Source: a virus (taxonomy: Duplodnaviria > Caudoviricetes). From it: 64,000 nucleotides of DNA. The notes under the pieces were generated by a model. That model saw only the letters and a list, made by a program, of their open reading frames with translations, ran no database searches and was not told where the DNA came from. The first letter of the stretch is position 1, and every line of letters starts with the position of its first letter. Location of the stretch: the IMG/VR virus record IMGVR_UViG_3300021185_003947. One strand, given 5' to 3'. A program made the translations under genes and the position numbers. Positions 58,378-64,000 of the stretch are shown here, piece after piece.

Positions 58378-59202
58378 TTACTTTTTAAGAGTATCGATCG
58401 CGCTTATCATGCGTGTCATACCAATTCCACCACCAACTCTTGGAAAGAAATCAAATTCAAGAAACTTTTCAAGTTCTGTTTCAACACGATCTTTACCAAA
58501 TAATTGGTTAATAAGACCAGCATATTCTCCATTTGAAATAGTATGAAATGTATCTCGCATTTGGTCTTTATCAGTACTGCGTTCTGCACTACCAATTGTT
58601 TCCATACCACCAAGGATAACATCAATCTTCTTACTTGTACCATCTTCATTTCTTGACATATTCCAAAATGGACTTGTAAATTCAGGAAATTCTGTAATCA
58701 TAGAACTACCAAAACTAGCTTCCATTGCTAACTCGTGCTGAGCATCTAATTCTGTAGTAGAACTTAGACCGTAATGTTGTTGCCATTCACGATATGTTTT
58801 TTCTGTTGGAATATCAAATCCTAAGTGATTACATAATTGATATTCCATAGTCTTAAGATCATCGATGTCTCCTGGCATTTCAAATTCAAACATCGGAAAA
58901 ATCGTATCATGTCTTCCAGGAATTGCATTTGGTTCTTGTCTATACGAAGTCGAGACACAAAAAAACCCCTTCGAAGAGGGGCGAGTTAATAATTCATATT
59001 CCAACCACATCTGGCCAGTTTGAGGAAGAGGCCATATTTGCCCTTCATAATTATATGTTGCTACATTTTCTGGATCTTCACATGCAGCTAAAATGCTTAA
59101 TCGGTTTTGTGTATGTACTTCTTCAAAGCCTCTATTCAAAAAAAATGACCTTAAAAGGTCAACTGCTTTTGTAAATTTTTTTGGTTCAATCAATTGCGTC
59201 AC
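58378..59202 (-). CDS. Class IIb aminoacyl-tRNA synthetase paralog (Asp/Asn/Lys family), catalytic domain only
   Basis: Motif 1 LRSFFLNRGFEEVHT, motif 2 YRQE...RH..IFPMFEFE, motif 3 GGGIGMTRM; no N-terminal anticodon-binding domain. Confidence 0.85.
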   Translation of the reverse strand: MTQLIEPKKFTKAVDLLRSFFLNRGFEEVHTQNRLSILAACEDPENVATYNYEGQIWPLPQTGQMWLEYELLTRPSSKGFFCVSTSYRQEPNAIPGRHDTIFPMFEFEMPGDIDDLKTMEYQLCNHLGFDIPTEKTYREWQQHYGLSSTTELDAQHELAMEASFGSSMITEFPEFTSPFWNMSRNEDGTSKKIDVILGGMETIGSAERSTDKDQMRDTFHTISNGEYAGLINQLFGKDRVETELEKFLEFDFFPRVGGGIGMTRMISAIDTLKK

Positions 59203-59411
59203 TATCTTATCCTTTTCTTATATTTGCCACATTGGGAATATTTATACAAATAATTTCCATTAATATCATTATTAGCTGAATTATATAAAGCCCAACGAAA
59301 ACAATTCCAAATATTATATGAAGTGTGATAGTACCAAGGGAAAGGAAATTCGTGTCTCCTTTCCCTTAATTGTTTATACCAAGCAATAAATAATTTTATT
59401 CTTCTATTCAA
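59202..59411 (-). CDS. Hypothetical aromatic-rich protein
   Basis: 69-aa ORF coupled to the aaRS-like gene. Confidence 0.5.
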   Translation of the reverse strand: MNRRIKLFIAWYKQLRERRHEFPFPWYYHTSYNIWNCFRWALYNSANNDINGNYLYKYSQCGKYKKRIR

Positions 59412-59604
59412 AATGCTTACTTAACATTTCAAGACGTTCACTTGCATGACCCATAGTGCTAAGCTCTTTTTGCATAGCCTCTACAATATCGCTATGTTCG
59501 CCAATACCAGCAGGATTATTTAAATAAACCATAAAATTAGTTTTAGCTCTTTCTAGTTCACCTTCGGCATGCATACGACATGCTAGCAACAATTGTTCTT
59601 TCAC
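59404..59604 (-). CDS. Hypothetical protein
   Basis: YLNNPAGIGEHSDIVE motif; coupled run. Confidence 0.7.
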   Translation of the reverse strand: MKEQLLLACRMHAEGELERAKTNFMVYLNNPAGIGEHSDIVEAMQKELSTMGHASERLEMLSKHFE

Positions 59605-59933
59605 TTACTTATCTCCCCTAATGGAATTACATCTTTTGAATCGATATAATCGTCCAGTGTGTATTTTCTTACATTAACTTCTTTTATCATTATTCCATCA
59701 CGCATTCTATACGTAATAAATTCTTGTCTAATTACTCCTTCTGTTGATGCTTCAAATGCAGATTTAAATGGGCCAGATATATCCATTTCATCTGAAATTT
59801 CAAAAGTATAATCAACCATATCACTAGAACTATCTACTATATAGCTTTGTTCATGTTTATTATGTTCACCATGTCCCCAACCAGAATAGTATTTTGGTGG
59901 AACAATATCATTTGGTCCAATTGACTTAGTCAT
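59601..59933 (-). CDS. Hypothetical protein
   Basis: 110-aa ORF with ATGA overlaps. Confidence 0.6.
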   Translation of the reverse strand: MTKSIGPNDIVPPKYYSGWGHGEHNKHEQSYIVDSSSDMVDYTFEISDEMDISGPFKSAFEASTEGVIRQEFITYRMRDGIMIKEVNVRKYTLDDYIDSKDVIPLGEISK

Positions 59934-60184
59934 GCTTTTATATCTACCCTTTTTGCTTCAACTTGTGGAATATGTGTTTTTCTACCATCAGCGCCATAAG
60001 TCCCATTATGTCCTTCATAAGATTGTGCTAAAGCTTTTTGTGGAGCCTTTATTGATTGTTCTGTTCTTCGTCGAATATTTTCAACAATATTCATTTGTTG
60101 TTCTTTTGCGGCTTGTGTCTTTACTATTAACTCAAGAGGTTGAGTAGCATAATGGTGTGAAAAACCTGGTCCTTTTACTTCCAT
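59930..60184 (-). CDS. Hypothetical protein
   Basis: 84 aa; GGAGG RBS downstream of tRNA-Leu(UAA). Confidence 0.65.
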   Translation of the reverse strand: MEVKGPGFSHHYATQPLELIVKTQAAKEQQMNIVENIRRRTEQSIKAPQKALAQSYEGHNGTYGADGRKTHIPQVEAKRVDIKA

Positions 60185-60202
60185 TTATAATCCTCCTTAT
60201 TA

Positions 60203-60288
60203 TGGTGCTCTCACCCGGACTTGAACCGGGACGGCCTATGGCCAACAGATTTTAAGTCTGGCGTGTCTACCTATTCCACCATGAGAGC
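60203..60288 (-). tRNA. trnL: tRNA-Leu(UAA)
   Basis: 86-nt class II cloverleaf; loop CTTAAAA; encoded CCA. Confidence 0.93.
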
Positions 60289-60308
60289 GTTATTGGTATT
60301 ATTAATAT

Positions 60309-60384
60309 TGGTGCGAAAGGTAGGATTTGAACCTACGATCAACCCGTTATGAGCGGGGGGCTTTAACCACTAAGCTACTTTCGC
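60309..60384 (-). tRNA. tRNA with a CAU anticodon (elongator Met or Ile2)
   Basis: 76-nt cloverleaf; loop CTCATAA; paired G1-C72 argues against initiator; encoded CCA. Confidence 0.88.
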
Positions 60385-60552
60385 GAATTCTTCTACTACT
60401 TTAGCATTTAATAGATTAGCAACTTCAAGTGCTTTATTTTTGTTATCAAATGTTAAATCGACTACAGTAGGTGTTTTATATATCATATATCCTAATTTAC
60501 CAGTCATTACAACTTGTTGAACTATTTTATTATTTCTCATTAATTTATACAA
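60370..60552 (-). CDS. Small hypothetical protein overlapping the tRNA(CAU) 5' end
   Basis: 60-aa ORF; the last codons lie inside the tRNA. Confidence 0.45.
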   Translation of the reverse strand: MYKLMRNNKIVQQVVMTGKLGYMIYKTPTVVDLTFDNKNKALEVANLLNAKVVEEFAKVA

Positions 60553-60579
60553 CTCGTTAATCCCTATATTAATAAATCA

Positions 60580-60739
60580 AAGGGGAGACCTTCTGCAGTG
60601 CCTCCCCTTCTATCTGCATTTTACGTATGCAGCAACCGGCTGAGTTTCGCGGTATCAGCGCTTGTACCGACCTATAGATCGGGGCCTCCAAAATCTATAG
60701 GGTTTCACTAACTAATCCCCTCATTGTTCATAGTTAGTG
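60580..60739 (-). ncRNA. Candidate structured RNA in the tRNA cluster
   Basis: Five consecutive hairpins in 160 nt; GC-richer than the flanks; no long ORF. Confidence 0.45.
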
Positions 60740-60741
60740 TC

Positions 60742-60818
60742 TGGCGGACCCTAGAGGATTCGAACCTCTGACCTAGTGCTTAGAAGGCACTTGCTCTATC
60801 CAGCTGAGCTAAGGGACC
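60742..60818 (-). tRNA. trnR: tRNA-Arg(UCU)
   Basis: 77-nt cloverleaf; AGTGC-CTTCTAA-GCACT; encoded CCA. Confidence 0.93.
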
Positions 60819-60828
60819 AATACTTATA

Positions 60829-61137
60829 TTATATTGCGAAACTTTCTCCACATCCACATTGAGCTGTTGCTTGTGGATTTTTTACAACTAAATAGTTTCC
60901 ACCTAGTTCGGTTATATAGTCAACCGTACAACCAAATAAAAACATTTCAGCCATAGCATCAATAACTAAAGTGCTATCTATAACTGTCCCTTTTGAGTCA
61001 TCATCTACATATGTCCAATCATATTTAAACCCGCTACACCCGCCACCTTTTACTTCAAGAAGTACATAATTTTTATCAGCCAAAACTAACTGATTCGTCA
61101 TATATTCTTTTGCTTTTTCAGTAAGTGATACAATCAT
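60829..61137 (-). CDS. iscA: A-type Fe-S cluster carrier (IscA/HesB family)
   Basis: GGGCSGFKY and NPQATAQCGCGESF. Confidence 0.93.
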   Translation of the reverse strand: MIVSLTEKAKEYMTNQLVLADKNYVLLEVKGGGCSGFKYDWTYVDDDSKGTVIDSTLVIDAMAEMFLFGCTVDYITELGGNYLVVKNPQATAQCGCGESFAI

Positions 61138-61385
61138 TTCTGCATATACTTCAATAGTTCTGGATTGTTAGTTTCTAGAACAACGAAATGGCCAAAATAT
61201 TTTTCAAATACTTTTACCAATTTATAGTAATCTGTACCTGCACACATTTCAGACATAATAGGCGATGCTTTCATGCCCATTGAATGAGCATATTCTTTTG
61301 CTACTTTTAATAGATAAAATGCGTTACCATTAGGACCATCAAGGTCAATAACTATCTCAGAAGCTCTTGTTGTTTTACGAATCAT
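61134..61385 (-). CDS. Hypothetical protein
   Basis: IDLDGPNGNAFYLL motif; start reassigned to MIRKT. Confidence 0.7.
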   Translation of the reverse strand: MIRKTTRASEIVIDLDGPNGNAFYLLKVAKEYAHSMGMKASPIMSEMCAGTDYYKLVKVFEKYFGHFVVLETNNPELLKYMQK

Positions 61386-61615
61386 ATTAAGGCACCGAAT
61401 ACATAAGGATTTCAAGATATTTGCACAAAGCACAAAAGGCTAAGAACCATACAATACATTTAAATGTATCTGCAATGGTATCAATAAAAATTTTGATAGC
61501 TTCTATCATTTTTTGGAGTCTTTCCATGCATGTTTCATACCTAAAACATAGCCCATCACAAAAGCTGAGATTGACATTGCACAAGCAATAAGTGTAATAC
61601 TAACTTGATAATCCA

Positions 61616-61900
61616 TTATACATTACCCTCTTTAGTGTGAATTAAAGTTTGTGGACCAAGAGCAATTTCAAAACCATTATATTCAGTTTCATATACACCA
61701 TTTTGTGGTTCATAACGAGGATCAACTACTTTAGCTTTAACCATTGATATAGAATGTTCACCTTGAACATTTTCAAAACCATTTATGCGTTGAAGCTCAT
61801 TAAAGATAGCTTCCCTAGGGAAGTTAGAATCTATCGCCTTAAGCTGGGGCTGAGGGGTATTTGTATCAATCATAATCATATCCTTTGTTGTTAGATACAT
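61616..61900 (-). CDS. Hypothetical early protein
   Basis: Follows the early promoter cassette at about 61900-61930. Confidence 0.6.
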   Translation of the reverse strand: MYLTTKDMIMIDTNTPQPQLKAIDSNFPREAIFNELQRINGFENVQGEHSISMVKAKVVDPRYEPQNGVYETEYNGFEIALGPQTLIHTKEGNV

Positions 61901-61954
61901 ATTAACACATTTTAAAGCGATTGTAAAGGATTATTTTCAATATTATGCATTTTT

Positions 61955-62974
61955 TTAATTTTGTTTATGAATTGTACAGTGATGCACATCAATTCTATGA
62001 TGATCTTTATCACCATTTGAGTCTATCACAGTGTGATAATGATGTGTAGTATGCGAGTATTTTAAATGTGTTCCAGGTGGAAGTACCGTTTCTGCTTCAG
62101 CAGCATGTTTGTTACCTTCTACACCACTCATATGAATACCTTTATCACTAGCTTTTGCGTCAACGTGAATCATATGTTTGGTTGTTTTACCTACATTTTC
62201 ATTATCTGTATTTTTATTTAAAGGGAAAAACTGTGTACTATCATGTCCAGAATGAACTGCAAATCCAGCGCCAGTGTGCACATCATGAGTAGTGGAAATA
62301 TGAGCTGGAGAATGAACAACGCCATCAGTATGTTTTTCAGCATGTTTGATAGCTTTTACAAATGAAGGATGAACACCAGAATAAAGATGTACCCTATGGC
62401 CAATAGGTTTAGCTGCGGTTTTAAGATGATCTGCGGCGTCTTTATCTTGACCAACAAGTGCATGTGGATGGTATTCACCCAACTTTTTATTTTCTGTCTT
62501 AAGTTTATGCTTAGTTATAAAATGTTGAGCTATATGACTAGATGCCCATTTTTTACCATCGCCAACTGTGTCAGATTTTCCAGCTGTAAAATGACGAAAA
62601 GCTTTGTGTTGCGATGGTGTCATTTTTTGTTCAAGTTTACTTGATAAAGAGCCTACTTCTTCTATGTCAGATCCGCGATGTGATGTGCTGAGTTCATGAC
62701 CAGTTTCACCAAAGATATTCTTATTCATCTGAACATCATCAATATGTGTTCTTTTTTTATTATCATGTAAGTCATCACGAGCCTCGTGATGTTTATGATC
62801 GACCCGTTTTTCTTTTTTTGCCTGCTTAAAACCGGTAGTATCAAATCCTTCAAATATACCTCTTTCAATTCTTTTTGTTCTAGGAGTTTTGTCACCTATA
62901 GCTTTGCTGAGAGTAACCACACCATTGCTCATATAAAAACCTTCATCTTTTATGAATGATCCAAATCTTTCCAT
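61955..62974 (-). CDS. His-rich ADP-ribosyltransferase-fold protein
   Basis: LYSG...HISTT...AEAETVLPPG resembles the exoenzyme ART core (Arg replaced, STT and ExE present). Confidence 0.6.
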   Translation of the reverse strand: MERFGSFIKDEGFYMSNGVVTLSKAIGDKTPRTKRIERGIFEGFDTTGFKQAKKEKRVDHKHHEARDDLHDNKKRTHIDDVQMNKNIFGETGHELSTSHRGSDIEEVGSLSSKLEQKMTPSQHKAFRHFTAGKSDTVGDGKKWASSHIAQHFITKHKLKTENKKLGEYHPHALVGQDKDAADHLKTAAKPIGHRVHLYSGVHPSFVKAIKHAEKHTDGVVHSPAHISTTHDVHTGAGFAVHSGHDSTQFFPLNKNTDNENVGKTTKHMIHVDAKASDKGIHMSGVEGNKHAAEAETVLPPGTHLKYSHTTHHYHTVIDSNGDKDHHRIDVHHCTIHKQN

Positions 62975-63840
62975 TATTTACTTTCGTTATGTGATTTAAA
63001 ATGATTGAATATATGAGTGTTGCCATCCTCATCAGTATGGCGTGTAGTTTTAAAATGTTTGTGGTGAGAACCTGGCTTTATACCAAATTCTTCTTCTTCT
63101 TTCATATTACTATGAGGTTGCATATGTAATACTTCGTCGTCAGGATGTGTATGATAGACATTATAATAATGTGTATTTGATTTATCTGATTTTTTATTTT
63201 CAGCAAAAGCTTTAGCAATAGATAATTTTGGTGTAACCGAAGCGTAGCTTACGTGCTCTATAACGCCGTCTTTAGAATCTTTAAGCGCATTATGTGTTCT
63301 CGCGCTGACACCCGCAAATAATTTCACGTGAGTACCTGCTTTTCTAAAACCTTTCATTAAATGTGAGTGTTCTTTTTCCCAATGGTCAATATTGTCTTTG
63401 TATGGAGTTTTATTACCATTTTTATCTTTTTTAGCTTGACCAAGATGCTTCCAATGATCTTTTGGAACGGGTTTACCATGTTTTACCATGTGCTTATGAA
63501 TTAAATGATTATTTAAATTATATGATCCGTTACTATAATTATTTATTGCTTCTTTTGTTTCTTTAGTAACATCACCAGTGTTTTTTGCTATTTCTTTATG
63601 TAATTTTTCGAAATGTTCGCTACCAGCATACATATCACGCCCGCCATGTCTACGTAACTCGATTTCCATCGGAGCGCCACTTTCAACGTTAGGCTTATAA
63701 GACTCTTTGATATTTTTCTTTTTAGATCTATTAATCCTATGATTACCAATAGGTTCAAGAATAACTGCTACGCCATCCTTGTTAATATAATAACCCTTGT
63801 CTTCTTTTGAATCTTTTGAATACTGTTTAAACGTCTTCAT
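62974..63840 (-). CDS. His/Lys-rich ADP-ribosyltransferase-fold protein with a capsid-targeting-like N-terminus
   Basis: Start reassigned to MKTFKQY; AINNYSNGSYNLN, LFAG, YASVT, EEEF..KPG. Confidence 0.65.
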   Translation of the reverse strand: MKTFKQYSKDSKEDKGYYINKDGVAVILEPIGNHRINRSKKKNIKESYKPNVESGAPMEIELRRHGGRDMYAGSEHFEKLHKEIAKNTGDVTKETKEAINNYSNGSYNLNNHLIHKHMVKHGKPVPKDHWKHLGQAKKDKNGNKTPYKDNIDHWEKEHSHLMKGFRKAGTHVKLFAGVSARTHNALKDSKDGVIEHVSYASVTPKLSIAKAFAENKKSDKSNTHYYNVYHTHPDDEVLHMQPHSNMKEEEEFGIKPGSHHKHFKTTRHTDEDGNTHIFNHFKSHNESK

Positions 63841-63943
63841 CGTCATCGTCATCCCTGCCATATGGATATTTAAAATGAATAGGTTCAAGAATAACTGCTA
63901 CGCCGTCGTCATCAATATAAAAGCCTTCATCTTCTTCTTCCAT
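63827..63943 (-). CDS. 38-aa acidic peptide sharing a motif with the downstream ART N-terminus
   Basis: Translated by hand: MEEEDEGFYIDDDGVAVILEPIHFKYPYGRDDDDDEDV; GGA upstream of the ATG. Confidence 0.55.
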   Translation of the reverse strand: MEEEDEGFYIDDDGVAVILEPIHFKYPYGRDDDDDEDV

Positions 63944-63945
63944 GA

Positions 63946-64000
63946 TTATTTTCCTATTTTATCTAAAGTCGCATGAATATCTTTTCTGAGCTGGTCATAA
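63946..64000 (-). CDS. 3' end of a CDS that starts beyond the window
   Basis: Reads YDQLRKDIHATLDKIGK-stop. Confidence 0.45.
   Translation of the reverse strand, partial: YDQLRKDIHATLDKIGK

Noticed and set aside
63748-63904. Diversity-generating retroelement TR/VR pair
   Set aside because: Differences between the copies are not confined to adenines, and no reverse transcriptase is present in the window.
1-64000. Stop-codon reassignment
   Set aside because: Recognisable genes are full length under the standard code, TAA, TAG and TGA all serve as stops, and no suppressor tRNA was seen.

Overview
A 64-kb, AT-rich segment of a T4-like myovirus genome; the accessory gene content suggests a marine proteobacterial host (inference). 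Left to right: (1) the 5' part of a giant tail-fibre gene (>2312 codons, runs off the left edge, missing from the ORF track); (2) a 10.7-kb, 12-gene enzyme cluster with four radical SAM/SPASM-like proteins, one B12-domain radical SAM and four 2OG-Fe(II)/cupin oxygenases, surrounding a 187-aa protein ending in CHAS-CHSS-CHGS-RGRR that has its own late promoter; (3) the tail/baseplate module (second fibre, DUF4815-like protein, gp8, gp7-like, gp6, gp25, a three-part gp5 region, gp53, gp48, gp4, gp2, gp54-like, gp26, gp51, tape-measure-like); (4) gp32 and gp33; (5) many small early genes with repeated promoter cassettes, five normal tRNAs, an HD hydrolase, a lipase, IscA and two ADP-ribosyltransferase-like proteins. 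Top candidates for an undescribed system: the RiPP-like modification cluster, and a catalytic-domain-only class II aaRS paralog followed 6 nt later by a 110-nt tRNA with a GUU anticodon and a 38-nt variable arm. A probable -1 frameshift joining gp26 and gp51 is also notable. All product calls come from motif recognition by eye; no database searches were run.
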